A DNA stretch of 27,407 bases from a virus (IMGVR_UViG_3300005323_000091:1-27407); one strand, 5' to 3'; shown: positions 1 to 9,783, numbered from the stretch's first letter. Program-made: numbers and translations. The notes: generated by a model from the letters alone, not told the origin.

Positions 1-9
1 GGCGAAGAG

Positions 10-1002
10 ATGACAGAAATCATCAAACTTACCTCGGCCACGGGAACCACGACCCTAGGACATACTTCGGGGCCAATCTTCGCCCATTCGGCAAGAACCT
101 CCGTGGCACAAATTAAATACAACCAAGCCAAGATTTATACCTCTGATGCAGAAGATGGAACGTATGCTCTTCTTACGACAGTAGATTTAACTCTCGACCA
201 AGACGCTACCGTCTACGATGACACGACAGGTACTACGGCTACTTGGTACAAAATAAAATATTACAACTCTACAACAACGGGGCTGTCGAGTTACTCGGTT
301 GCAGTTCTAGGAACGGGATATACAGAAGACTCTTTATATACGATGACAGAGGAGATTATGGAAGAGTTCGGAGATGCCGGTGGAAAAGACCTCTCACAAG
401 ACGAGGTTCACAGACAACTTAAAGCGGGAGTCAGAAGAATAACTACAGAACTTTTCAAAACCTATCCTGATTATTTCAAAGCATACGCTACGCAAGACCT
501 GACAGCCAGCGATTATGATTACACTCTCCCTACGGGGTTTCTAGGATTTATAAGGATGGATGTAAATTATGATGGTACGACAGCAACAGACGCACACAAG
601 GCTGAATATATAAGCGAAGCTTTTGGTGAACCCGACACATCTTATTATAAAACTGGTCCTATGGTTGCTATAAGAGGTTCTACTTTTATTTTAAGACCTA
701 CCCCAGACTCAACAGGAGGGAGGGCATTTATATGGTACTGGGCATATCCTACGGAAATGTCCACAGAGTCCTCAGAGCACGGACTTCCTTATGGGGCAAA
801 AGATGTCTTAAAACATTACGCCCTCTATAAAATCTGGATAGCAAAAGATAACGAAACAGGGATAGGAACCAGAGGTTACGCTTACAGACAACTCTTTAAA
901 GAAGATTTAGAAAATTATGTGGAGTTCGTAGCGCAGTCCAGACAGCAACTTAACACTAATAAAATAGGACTTGCTTTTGGGTCTGACCTCTACGAGTGGT
1001 AA
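10..1002 (+). CDS. Phage head-tail adaptor-like virion protein with Thr-rich beta N-terminal extension
   Basis: 330 aa. C-terminal half (..YDYTLPTGFLG..FILRPTPD..IWYWAYP..LKHYALYKIW..) resembles podophage adaptor proteins; directly precedes the nozzle-like gene. Confidence 0.6.
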   Translation: MTEIIKLTSATGTTTLGHTSGPIFAHSARTSVAQIKYNQAKIYTSDAEDGTYALLTTVDLTLDQDATVYDDTTGTTATWYKIKYYNSTTTGLSSYSVAVLGTGYTEDSLYTMTEEIMEEFGDAGGKDLSQDEVHRQLKAGVRRITTELFKTYPDYFKAYATQDLTASDYDYTLPTGFLGFIRMDVNYDGTTATDAHKAEYISEAFGEPDTSYYKTGPMVAIRGSTFILRPTPDSTGGRAFIWYWAYPTEMSTESSEHGLPYGAKDVLKHYALYKIWIAKDNETGIGTRGYAYRQLFKEDLENYVEFVAQSRQQLNTNKIGLAFGSDLYEW

Positions 1003-2409
1003 TTGAATTATAAAACTATCTATCTAGCAGGGGGTGTCAACCGCAACGTTTCTCCCTTTCTAATCGAAGATGGGGAAATGGCAGATATCCAGAATTTTAG
1101 CACTCCTAAGATTGGTGTGCTAAAAAAGGCTGGGGATTACACTATAAAAAACGCTCAGGTTACTGCCGCGCAGAACGTCCTCGGTGGGATAGACTTCCAA
1201 CGAGCGGATGGAACACACGAACACTTTATCGCTGTAGACGGGGCTTCTAATGCTGATATCTTAAAAGATATCACGGGTACTTGGACAGCACAATCACAGG
1301 CTTTAACATCAGCAAACAAAGTGCGCTTTGCCTACTCTCCTGCTCTGGATACGCTGTTTTCCTGCAACTATGTTGATGATACACGTTCATATAATGGGAC
1401 TTCGTGGTCAACTTCAACCAACGTAGTTGACGCCCCCAAAGCCAAGTACATCATTTCCTTTGGTCAGAGAATCTATCTATTAAATGTAACCGTAGGAGCT
1501 ACTTCGTACATTTCTCGTGCTTACCGTTCTTCCACCGTTGAAACCTCACCTATTACTTGGGATACCGTAAATGAGTGGGTTTCCTTTGATGATGTTATTA
1601 CCGGGGTAGGAAGGAGTGGGGAGAATATGTTTGTGGGGTGTCAAAACTCTTGTTGGGCCTTCACTTTAGAAGATGTTAAATATCAAGTGAGTGGACACGG
1701 CTGTGTAAGTCACGACGGAATTGCCGAATACGGTGCTTGGGTGTTCTTCCCCTCAACTGACGGAATGTACGTCTTTGATGGGGCTTCGGACACGAATATT
1801 TCGATGGCTGTTCAAGACTACTGGAACGCCATACCCATTGCCAATCTTAGCAGTATACAAGCGAAAGTGCTAGGCAACCATTTGTATATATACATTGGGG
1901 ATGTCACGGTTGACGGGCGAAGCCTGACTAACGTAGTTTTAGATTACAACATTTTACAAAACACTTGGACACGACTTGCCCTTTCAGAAAACGTAATGGA
2001 TATGCACATTTATACAAAGTCTACAGGAAAGAAACTATTCTTTGGAAATGATGACGGAGAGATTTTCGAGATGTTCACAGGAGAAGACCAGAACGGAGTG
2101 GTGTTCACCTCGTTTATAGAGACTCCTTGGTTTTATGGTTCGGGTCCTTTAGACATAGACGACTTCAAGGAATTTTGGGCGCACGGAGAACTCTTATCAG
2201 GACTCAAGGTGAAGTACAAAGTAGACTCGGGAAGCTGGATACCTACAGGAGAGCTTAACGGGTTTTCAGATTTAGTTAAATTTAAAGCCTCTGGTAAAAG
2301 AATCAAATTCCTGTTAGAAGAAACCAGCAAAGATAATATGTACGAGATTCACAGCATTGAGGTTGGTTTCCAGCCTAAATTCCCTGAGAAAAAGGAGAAT
2401 AAAGAGTGA
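1003..2409 (+). CDS. Tail nozzle / DNA-stabilisation protein (P22 gp10 / T7 gp12-like beta-propeller)
   Basis: 468 aa, all-beta; N-terminal GGVN..SPFLI..N motif and GCVSHDGI motif; sits between adaptor and ejection proteins. TTG start. Confidence 0.65.
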   Translation: MNYKTIYLAGGVNRNVSPFLIEDGEMADIQNFSTPKIGVLKKAGDYTIKNAQVTAAQNVLGGIDFQRADGTHEHFIAVDGASNADILKDITGTWTAQSQALTSANKVRFAYSPALDTLFSCNYVDDTRSYNGTSWSTSTNVVDAPKAKYIISFGQRIYLLNVTVGATSYISRAYRSSTVETSPITWDTVNEWVSFDDVITGVGRSGENMFVGCQNSCWAFTLEDVKYQVSGHGCVSHDGIAEYGAWVFFPSTDGMYVFDGASDTNISMAVQDYWNAIPIANLSSIQAKVLGNHLYIYIGDVTVDGRSLTNVVLDYNILQNTWTRLALSENVMDMHIYTKSTGKKLFFGNDDGEIFEMFTGEDQNGVVFTSFIETPWFYGSGPLDIDDFKEFWAHGELLSGLKVKYKVDSGSWIPTGELNGFSDLVKFKASGKRIKFLLEETSKDNMYEIHSIEVGFQPKFPEKKENKE

Positions 2410-2687
2410 TTTCTTATAAGGACCTTGGATTTTCTTCGCTCGGTATAAGGACAATCGCAACCTATGTGCGTGACACCCCCGCTATAACAAGAGCTTCGGC
2501 ACAGCCCGGCTCAGTCATAGCAGACGGACTACACGAAAGTGTTAATAGTTTAAAAATAGACAAAGACGGTATTTATTTAGGTACGGCAGTTCCTGTCTAC
2601 GAAGAGGGTAGGATTTACTATTCCTTTACAGAACACAAGCTCAAAGTAGCGGGACAGACGGGGTTCGAAACTATCACAAGTTCGTGA
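2406..2687 (+). CDS. Small virion-associated hypothetical protein
   Basis: 93 aa; GTGA overlap with upstream stop; EGRIYY..KLKV motif typical of tail-associated beta segments. Confidence 0.5.
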   Translation: MISYKDLGFSSLGIRTIATYVRDTPAITRASAQPGSVIADGLHESVNSLKIDKDGIYLGTAVPVYEEGRIYYSFTEHKLKVAGQTGFETITSS

Positions 2688-2696
2688 TAAAAAAGG

Positions 2697-2702
2697 TATA
2701 AT
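2697..2702 (+). promoter_or_regulatory. -10 box 6 nt before ATG (leaderless promoter candidate)
   Basis: GG-TATAAT-tattat-ATG(2709); no Shine-Dalgarno between box and start. Confidence 0.55.
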
Positions 2703-2708
2703 TATTAT

Positions 2709-3749
2709 ATGGCAAGTAAAGCAAAAGGGTACTCGAAGTCGGAAGCGGCTAAAAGTTTAAACATCTCAAAAGGCGAACTAGAAAAAAGAGCAAAGGCTGC
2801 GGGGTTTTCCGACACCGAATCTTATTACGAGTCAATCGGTGGGGTTTCCGCTCCCATAATCGATGCTATCTCAAAAGAGATGGTAGAACTCGACAGACAA
2901 ATTGATGAACTAACTCCCTATCTTTCCTTAACAGATGAGGAAAAACAAGCATTTTTAAATAAAGCAATCGAACAAATAACTCCCTATTATGAGAGAAAAA
3001 CAGCCGAACTTGAGGCTTCGCTAAAAGAGGGTAAGGTCAGAACTGCTGAGGATATCTTAACTAACATCCGCCAGATTGACGAGGAAACCAAAGCAGAGCT
3101 TCAAAGGTTTGACCTAAGCCAAGCTGAAACTGAAGAGGATTTTTTAAACAAACTAGCCGACATTACCTCAACTAAAGATGAGGATATAGCGGTCAAAAGA
3201 GAAGATTATCGACAGAGAATAGAAACCTTAAAAGCCAATCAAATCCAGTCAGGGACTCTAACTTCAGGCATCGGAGCAAAGAAAAGAGCAGAGCAAGAAA
3301 GGCTAAAAGCGATGGAAGAAGCCATTGTACAACGTAAAGCAGAGGCTGACACTACCGCAGTAGAGAGTGCTAAGAAATTTACTATAGACCAAATCTCTCT
3401 CGCCAGACAGGCGGCAGAACAGCAAAGAATCAGAAAAATCGGCACACCCGCAGAAGTGGCGTCAACTCAAGCACAGGCTCTACAAACAGCAGGACTTCAG
3501 GATATTTCTCAACTTAAAAGTCCAGAAGAACTTGCCAGACAGCGTGCTGAAAGAGGTATAAATCCCTCATACGACAACACCCAGTTACCTGAACTTCAGG
3601 CAGAGAAACAAAAAGCAGGAATTGCTACCGCCCAAGAACTACAGGCTGACGAACTTGCCCGTAGGGAACAAACTTACGGACTGCAAAGAGATAAAATTGT
3701 AGCAGAAAGAGCCAGAAAGGCTGCACAAATATCCGCCCTTAGAGCATAA
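2709..3749 (+). CDS. Internal virion / DNA ejection protein (coiled coil)
   Basis: 346 aa, A/E/Q/K-rich helical; first of three tightly packed genes after the nozzle, as for podophage ejection proteins. Confidence 0.5.
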   Translation: MASKAKGYSKSEAAKSLNISKGELEKRAKAAGFSDTESYYESIGGVSAPIIDAISKEMVELDRQIDELTPYLSLTDEEKQAFLNKAIEQITPYYERKTAELEASLKEGKVRTAEDILTNIRQIDEETKAELQRFDLSQAETEEDFLNKLADITSTKDEDIAVKREDYRQRIETLKANQIQSGTLTSGIGAKKRAEQERLKAMEEAIVQRKAEADTTAVESAKKFTIDQISLARQAAEQQRIRKIGTPAEVASTQAQALQTAGLQDISQLKSPEELARQRAERGINPSYDNTQLPELQAEKQKAGIATAQELQADELARREQTYGLQRDKIVAERARKAAQISALRA

Positions 3750-3750
3750 T

Positions 3751-4662
3751 ATGCCCACAAGTGAACAAAATAAAATGACAATAAAAGGATACCAAGACCA
3801 AGCAATATCTTTAAACAAAGAGGTTGCTGGATATACTGCGGGTTCTAATGTATTAGGAGACCGTGTTATGGAAGCCGTTAGAAACGCCCGTACTGAAAGG
3901 GGGGTGTCAAAGTTAGCGACCGATGTAGGGAATGTTTCAGGACAAATGGTCTCAGACCCCAACGCTATAAGGGCAACACAGTCTCAGGGCTTAATCGACC
4001 CTTTTTCTGTAAACCAACTAACTTCGAGCGCCCGCGCCCAGAATCTAAGGACTCTAGGAACAATCGCTACCCAAGAGACTTTAAACCAAGGCTCAATAGA
4101 CGAAGTAATCCAAGCAGGAGCCAACAGACTCAAAGCTAAGGCTGCAACACTTCTCGCTGAAGCCGAGGCTGCCGCCGCTGACGCAGATGCTTTACAACAG
4201 GAGTGGGATAGGATGTTCAAGGAAAAGCAGTTCAATGAGGAAGTCAGACAGTTTAATGTGGCACAGTCTAATAAGGGAGGCTCTGGTGGTTCTACAAAAG
4301 AAAAGGACGCAGGAAGTTTTGCTGAAGATGGTTTGGGATTCTCAGCCCAGATAGCCGAGGGAACGGTAACTTGGCAACAAGCACACGATGCTCTATCAAT
4401 GGCATATCCGTGGGCAAGTGAAGAAGAGATAGCCAAATTCATAGGAGGTCCCACTCCCACTACCCCAACAGGAACAGGGGAGTCGACAGGAACTCTAAGT
4501 AGGTTTATGTTTCCCGGTCAACCTGGGTATGATTGGACACAATCCAACTTCCAAAAAGCAGGAGACTGGCTTAGGTCTGGTTTAAGTAAACTAATACCCG
4601 CTAAAACTCCTGAAGAACTAGCGGCAGACAAAAAGTTCATAGAAGACAGGAAGAAGAAATGA
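3751..4662 (+). CDS. Internal virion / DNA ejection protein
   Basis: 303 aa; helical N-terminus, QFNEEVRQFN followed by GGSGGS linker; synteny. Confidence 0.5.
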   Translation: MPTSEQNKMTIKGYQDQAISLNKEVAGYTAGSNVLGDRVMEAVRNARTERGVSKLATDVGNVSGQMVSDPNAIRATQSQGLIDPFSVNQLTSSARAQNLRTLGTIATQETLNQGSIDEVIQAGANRLKAKAATLLAEAEAAAADADALQQEWDRMFKEKQFNEEVRQFNVAQSNKGGSGGSTKEKDAGSFAEDGLGFSAQIAEGTVTWQQAHDALSMAYPWASEEEIAKFIGGPTPTTPTGTGESTGTLSRFMFPGQPGYDWTQSNFQKAGDWLRSGLSKLIPAKTPEELAADKKFIEDRKKK

Positions 4663-4663
4663 A

Positions 4664-7516
4664 ATGGGCAAATTCTTTAACAAAGATGGAACAAAAACAG
4701 ATGTTTGGAACTACGATATCGGCGTAAAGCAAAATAAAGCCGAACTTGCCGAGTTACTTGCTATCGCTAAAAAGAACAAGCTTGAAGTCCCCGAAGAAAA
4801 ACCCAAAATTTCAATATTAGATAAAGTATTCGGATTTCTAAATGCAGGTGAAACTGCTCCCGCGGTATACGAATATCTCTCATCAGGAGACGTTGGTAAG
4901 GCTGCTACAGCACAGGGACAGGCTTCTTTAAAAGGTCTTACGGGCGGGGGACAGACAGATAAGAAGACTTACGAAGATGTCCTCGTAGATAAACTAGGAT
5001 TTAAAAAAGGACTTGGAACTAAAATCGGCGGCATTGCAGGAGACATTCTACTTGACCCAACTACGTACTTTGGAGGAGCGATAGCTAAAAGTGTCCTGAA
5101 AACCACGGGTAAAGTAGGAGCTAAAACGGTAAAAGCGGTCTCTAAAGTGCCTGTTTTAGGACCACTTGCCGAAGGCGGTGCGAAAGTAGTACAGGATGTT
5201 TCGGAGTTATTTAGTCCGCTAGCACGTGTTACAAAAGGCGGACTTAAAAAAGAAACCGCTACTAAGTGGCTATCTAAAAGAGACGAACTTATTAAAGCAG
5301 GTAGATACGAAGAGGCTTCCTTATACGACGAGATTCTAAATGCTGGAAAGAAATTAGAAAAAGGTGCTGGAAAAGAGATAGGTAAGGCAATAGAGGAAGG
5401 CACAAACAGAAAGTTTTTATATCACGGGACAAACAGCACGGCAGCAAAAGAAATAGAAAAGGAAGGTTTCAAGTTAGGAAGCTACACAGATGAGTGGGGG
5501 AACACTAAAACCCTTCCTGTTTCTTTGATGGATAATCCAAAGGGGGCGTTACTTTGGGCTAAACAAGCCGCAAGAAAAAGAGGAGGTACTCCTAGTGTTC
5601 TTAAAGTTGATATTACAGGTGTTGATAAATCTCCTAGTAGGTGGGCCAATATGGGTAAGGGGATGAACGAATTCGTTTTATATAAAGATGACCTTTCCAA
5701 AGTTAAAATTGGGACTAATTTAGGCCCAGAAGCCACTAAAACTAAAGAGTTTGTACAAAAGTCTTCCAAAGAACTTAGAGAGTTGGAATTAAAAGAAGGG
5801 TTTGAGGTCGGAGAAAGAGCAAACTACATGGCTCACGTTCTTACCGATGAAGCCAGAGATTTTACAAAAAGATATGGGTTTGACATTCCAGCACTTCAAA
5901 AAGGTTTGGGATTTTCTAAATCTAGAACCATTGAGGGCTCGGCAGAATCAATAAACAAAGAATTCAGGAGTTGGCTTAAAGGAATGGGAGAAAAAGAATT
6001 TGACTTGTTCGAAGAGGATGCGCTTAAAGCACTCGCTTCAAGAGGTGCTGGGAGCATAAGAGCAAGAACCGCCAAAGCACTAAGAGACGAGGCTGCAGAC
6101 AACTTCGGAATACTAGATGGTGCGATGCAGGAAAAAGCAGGAAAGTTCTTCAACGACAAAGTTAATATTATAGATGGGACAAAGTACGTTCCGACTCCTG
6201 GAATTAAAATGGGAGCAGGAGAAGACCTTGTAGAAATAGGAGCAAAAGGTGCTTCTTGGGTTCCTGAAGGAATAGCAAGAGATATGGAAGAAATCAACAA
6301 AGTCTTTATAAATGACGATTCCACTAAAGAGTTATTTAAAATATACGATAAAGCACTTGGCTGGTTTAAGGGTTCTGTTACATCCATATTTCCGTCTTTC
6401 CACATGAATAACTTGAAAGGTGGTATATTTAATAATTTCATAGCGGGGGTAACAAACCCGGGCGTGTATTTTGATGTGGGTAAGATAATAAATAAATCTG
6501 ACGAAGTGGTTAAATTTAAAAACTGGTCCGGAACATATAAACAACTGGCTGAGGAGTTAGGTAAAAGAGGGGCTATAAATGCGGGTGGTTACATGGATAT
6601 TGCCGCAGAATTAGACAGGGCGGGGAAGATGGGGGCTCAGGGAGGTCCTATAAAAAGGGGTACGCAGAAGATAATGAATAAAATAGAGACTTTTAACAGG
6701 GGTTCTTTGGCTTTAGATACCCTTAGAAAAGGTGGAACAATGGATGAGGCTGTTGAGAAGATATTCAAATACCAGTTCGATTATATGCCCGAAGCCTTTA
6801 CTCCTTTTGAAAGAAATGTAATGAGAAGAATAATTCCCTTCTATACTTGGTCTCGTAACAACATACCTCTTATGTTAGAGGCCTCGGTAAAGCAACCCGG
6901 AAAGATTGGGGCTGTGGGTAAAGTAGCAAGAGACGTTTCTAACATCTCCCCAGAAGAACGTGCCCAGATGCCGGGTTATATGAAAGAGAGCTTCCCGATA
7001 AAGGTTGGGGACCAGACCTTTTATGGAGCTAACCTACCTATAGAGGATTTGAATAGGCTTAATATGAAAGGATTTATGTCCTCAATGTCGCCTATGATAA
7101 AAGCTCCGCTAGAAAGATACACAGGAAAGAACTTCTTCTTCGACCAGCCAATAGAGGATTTCAAAAGAGCACCTTCGTGGTTCAAGGGCATGCCCAAGCC
7201 AATCAAGGATTTTTTCGGCTACGCGCCGAAAACAGGGGCTAAAGGCCAAGATACTTCAGAACTCGACCCCTACAAATACCACCTACTGACTTCGGTACTT
7301 GGAAGATACGTCTTCACAGCCGATAAACTTGCCGACCCCGACACTTCTAAGACGATAAAAACCCTCTACGCTTTATTAGGCGTTAAGGGAACAAACTTCG
7401 ACCCCAAACAAATGGAATACTACAATACCAAGGAAGATATAGAGAAACTAGGCGAGTTCTTAAAGAAAAAGGGTGCTGTAAGGGAATTTTCTCGTATCTA
7501 TGAGCCCAAGAAATAG
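4664..7516 (+). CDS. Large internal virion (polyvalent-type) protein with embedded ADP-ribosyltransferase-like domain and LPD38-like C-terminus
   Basis: 950 aa. LYHGT..IEKEGF..VSLMDNPKGALLWA..VLKVDI..NEFVL at about 5411-5713; IIPFYTW and SPMIKAPLERYTGKNFFFDQPI near the C-terminus. Confidence 0.6.
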   Translation: MGKFFNKDGTKTDVWNYDIGVKQNKAELAELLAIAKKNKLEVPEEKPKISILDKVFGFLNAGETAPAVYEYLSSGDVGKAATAQGQASLKGLTGGGQTDKKTYEDVLVDKLGFKKGLGTKIGGIAGDILLDPTTYFGGAIAKSVLKTTGKVGAKTVKAVSKVPVLGPLAEGGAKVVQDVSELFSPLARVTKGGLKKETATKWLSKRDELIKAGRYEEASLYDEILNAGKKLEKGAGKEIGKAIEEGTNRKFLYHGTNSTAAKEIEKEGFKLGSYTDEWGNTKTLPVSLMDNPKGALLWAKQAARKRGGTPSVLKVDITGVDKSPSRWANMGKGMNEFVLYKDDLSKVKIGTNLGPEATKTKEFVQKSSKELRELELKEGFEVGERANYMAHVLTDEARDFTKRYGFDIPALQKGLGFSKSRTIEGSAESINKEFRSWLKGMGEKEFDLFEEDALKALASRGAGSIRARTAKALRDEAADNFGILDGAMQEKAGKFFNDKVNIIDGTKYVPTPGIKMGAGEDLVEIGAKGASWVPEGIARDMEEINKVFINDDSTKELFKIYDKALGWFKGSVTSIFPSFHMNNLKGGIFNNFIAGVTNPGVYFDVGKIINKSDEVVKFKNWSGTYKQLAEELGKRGAINAGGYMDIAAELDRAGKMGAQGGPIKRGTQKIMNKIETFNRGSLALDTLRKGGTMDEAVEKIFKYQFDYMPEAFTPFERNVMRRIIPFYTWSRNNIPLMLEASVKQPGKIGAVGKVARDVSNISPEERAQMPGYMKESFPIKVGDQTFYGANLPIEDLNRLNMKGFMSSMSPMIKAPLERYTGKNFFFDQPIEDFKRAPSWFKGMPKPIKDFFGYAPKTGAKGQDTSELDPYKYHLLTSVLGRYVFTADKLADPDTSKTIKTLYALLGVKGTNFDPKQMEYYNTKEDIEKLGEFLKKKGAVREFSRIYEPKK

Positions 7517-7518
7517 GG

Positions 7519-7524
7519 TATAAT
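7519..7524 (+). promoter_or_regulatory. -10 box ahead of lysis module
   Basis: GGG-TATAAT-taaact-ATG(7531); that ATG opens a 10-codon uORF out of frame with the 7547 gene. Confidence 0.5.
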
Positions 7525-7546
7525 TAAACTATGTTACAAAGGGGGT

Positions 7547-7795
7547 ATGTTAACAATAGCTAAAGAGAACTCGATTGGGGAAGATATCGCAGTAATTAAA
7601 AATCAGATAACTAACTTATCTAAGTCTTTTGATGAGTTTAAAAACGATAATAAGGCACTTGCTGTGAGACTTGAAAGTACCGAGAATAATACTATTAAAA
7701 CGTCTGAGCGGGTGTCGAATTTAGCGATTTTTCAAAGTGTTTTTTCAATAATTATAGGAGCCGTAGCCACCTATTTGGGTGTGGGAAACAAATGA
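7547..7795 (+). CDS. Coiled-coil protein with C-terminal TM helix (XhlA/holin-like lysis protein)
   Basis: 82 aa; heptad region then IFQSVFSIIIGAVATYLGV; upstream of endolysin. Confidence 0.5.
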   Translation: MLTIAKENSIGEDIAVIKNQITNLSKSFDEFKNDNKALAVRLESTENNTIKTSERVSNLAIFQSVFSIIIGAVATYLGVGNK

Positions 7796-8091
7796 ATGTA
7801 TATTTAATAGATACAATTTTAGATTATTTCAGACTGGTTGCTTACTCAGTCGTACTTCTTACTGTCCTTCGGGGGATTGCTCATAGGAAATGGACCAACC
7901 TTCTTTTTATAGGGGATTTGGTAATGGTACTTTCTCTTATAACTACGCTTATTTATGCACATTTATTCGGTATGGACGAAACCCTCGGAGATGAAATCTT
8001 TCTAACATTGGGGGCGACAAGCTGGGCGACTATCCACTTTATATCAATGTTAAAAGAGCTAAAACCCATTGAGCCTAAAGTGAAAAAGTGA
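7792..8091 (+). CDS. Three-TM membrane protein of the lysis module
   Basis: 99 aa, three hydrophobic stretches, basic C-tail, ATGA overlap. Confidence 0.5.
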   Translation: MNVYLIDTILDYFRLVAYSVVLLTVLRGIAHRKWTNLLFIGDLVMVLSLITTLIYAHLFGMDETLGDEIFLTLGATSWATIHFISMLKELKPIEPKVKK

Positions 8092-8097
8092 TATAAT
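8089..8097 (+). promoter_or_regulatory. Extended -10 promoter, leaderless, for endolysin
   Basis: TG-A-TATAAT-acagca-ATG(8104). Confidence 0.6.
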
Positions 8098-8103
8098 ACA
8101 GCA

Positions 8104-9024
8104 ATGTTTAAGGTCTGCCTACAGTCCGGGCACAAGGGAATGACAAGTGGCAGTACGGGTGCGCCCTTAGAAAGGTCTTGGACAACAGCAATCGTTCCAA
8201 AAATTTCCGCTATATTACAATCTAATGGTTTTGAAGTTTATGAAACTGACGCTTTTGCTCAGAATGACCCCAAAGTTACAGGAACGGATTGGAACCTATT
8301 TCTAGCAATTCACTACGATGCGGATATTTACAACGATAGGGGAGGTTTCGTGGATATTCCCGATGCCTCGGTTGATGCCGCTACCGCAGAGAGTACCCGG
8401 ATTGCTAACGCTATAAGAGAATACTATTTTAGAGAATCGGGGGTGCCAAACAAGGCGATGCGTTCAAATGCTAATACGAAATTCTATTATATGTGGCAGT
8501 ATCTCTCGGCAAAGACCCCTTGTGTAATTCTCGAAGCAGGTGTTGGAAATAGAAAACCTGAAGATTTTACAACTTTACAAACTAACATAGACTCAACTGC
8601 AAAAATTATCGCAAACGCAATTTTATCCGCCTTCCAAGTCGACACCCCCAAGATTGAAGAACTAGAAAAAGAAATAGATGAGCTAAGAGCGAGTAGAGAT
8701 TCTTGGAAAAGACAGTTTAAGGAGCTTGAAGAGAAATATGCAGCCGAAGTCCAATCTAAAACAGAAATGATAGAAATGCTCCAAAAATCTGGCTCAGAAT
8801 TGACCCTACAACTCGTTACAACATCCCAGATGCTAACAGATGCCCAAACGCAGGTAAAGTCTCTCACAGAGGTTCGTACGGCCTTAGAAGACCAAATAGC
8901 CGATAGTCAGATAAAAATACAGGTATTAGACGCTAAAATTTTAAAATTGGAGGCAAAAGTAAAAAATGGTCTCTCGTCTTACTCAAGACTTGAACTATTT
9001 CAAGCTCTTTTTCTAAGGCGGTGA
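8104..9024 (+). CDS. Endolysin, N-acetylmuramoyl-L-alanine amidase (Amidase_3-like) with C-terminal coiled coil
   Basis: VCLQSGH..G..E, FLAIHYDA and PCVILEAG match the H/E/H zinc ligands and catalytic E of Amidase_3. Confidence 0.8.
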   Translation: MFKVCLQSGHKGMTSGSTGAPLERSWTTAIVPKISAILQSNGFEVYETDAFAQNDPKVTGTDWNLFLAIHYDADIYNDRGGFVDIPDASVDAATAESTRIANAIREYYFRESGVPNKAMRSNANTKFYYMWQYLSAKTPCVILEAGVGNRKPEDFTTLQTNIDSTAKIIANAILSAFQVDTPKIEELEKEIDELRASRDSWKRQFKELEEKYAAEVQSKTEMIEMLQKSGSELTLQLVTTSQMLTDAQTQVKSLTEVRTALEDQIADSQIKIQVLDAKILKLEAKVKNGLSSYSRLELFQALFLRR

Positions 9025-9030
9025 GAACTT

Positions 9031-9285
9031 GTGCTAAGTGAAGCAACCAAAAAAGGTTTTACAGAGTTTTTAAGAGTAATCTTAATCGCAATCCTTCCCG
9101 TAATTATTGATAGTTTAGAACGAAATATCCTAGATTGGAAAGTTATCGCAGTTGCCGTAGCTATTGCTGCGTTAAAAGCAGTCGATAGAGGTATACACGA
9201 ATACGGAGTTTTAGAAGAGGAAGAAAAATCAACAGCTAAAAAAGAATACGAATCAAAATACATTACGGGCCTAGTCGGTTTCTAA
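9031..9285 (+). CDS. Holin-like membrane protein
   Basis: 84 aa, two hydrophobic segments, charged tail, directly after endolysin. Confidence 0.6.
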   Translation: MLSEATKKGFTEFLRVILIAILPVIIDSLERNILDWKVIAVAVAIAALKAVDRGIHEYGVLEEEEKSTAKKEYESKYITGLVGF

Positions 9286-9330
9286 GAACTTTGACAATTA
9301 ATCAGACCAATAAGTCTGTGGAGGCGATGC

Positions 9331-9774
9331 TTGTGTCCGAGGGCTTGTGTACGGGATATTGTACTTGAGAGGGACGGATATAGGTGTCGGAACTGTGGTT
9401 GTGAAGGCACGAAGTCCAACCCACTCACTATGCACCATGTAATTTTTCGTTGTCGGGGTGGTGCATATACTGTCGAAAACCTTTTGACATGGTGTACGAG
9501 ATGTCATCGGGCTTTTCATAAATGCTATCCGGGTACGTCCAGAAAGAAAAGAAGGAGGTGTGAAGTGTATTGGTGGAGAATGGTATTTGTGTGCGGTAAC
9601 GAAGAATGCCACGTTGACGGCGTTATAAAGCATTTTACTGCAGAAGACGCCGAAGCCGACGCATGGGATGTAGAAAACTCCATAGGGTTAATAAATTACG
9701 CCCGTTCCAAAGGCGTTGATTTAACTAAGTGGGAGTTTTCTGCCGTGTATGTCATGAGGAGTGCGAACCAATAA
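9331..9774 (+). CDS. HNH endonuclease fused to an unknown C-terminal domain
   Basis: VLERDGYRCRNCG..MHHVI..GG..ENLLTWCTRCH; internal AGGAGG with in-frame GTG at 9565. Confidence 0.75.
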   Translation: MCPRACVRDIVLERDGYRCRNCGCEGTKSNPLTMHHVIFRCRGGAYTVENLLTWCTRCHRAFHKCYPGTSRKKRRRCEVYWWRMVFVCGNEECHVDGVIKHFTAEDAEADAWDVENSIGLINYARSKGVDLTKWEFSAVYVMRSANQ

Positions 9775-9783
9775 GGAGGAGGG

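Noticed and set aside
5395-5720. Intein or intron explaining the insert in the 950-aa protein
   Set aside because: Frame is continuous and there is no C/S start or HN-C/S/T end motif.
2133-8867. Minus-strand ORFs inside virion and lysis genes (e.g. 3984-4460, 4969-5403, 5896-6441, 8487-8867)
   Set aside because: Antisense shadows with Ser/Leu/Phe-rich composition, no motifs or RBS.
9291-9320. Sigma70 promoter at TTGACA 9291
   Set aside because: No acceptable -10 hexamer at 16-18 nt spacing.
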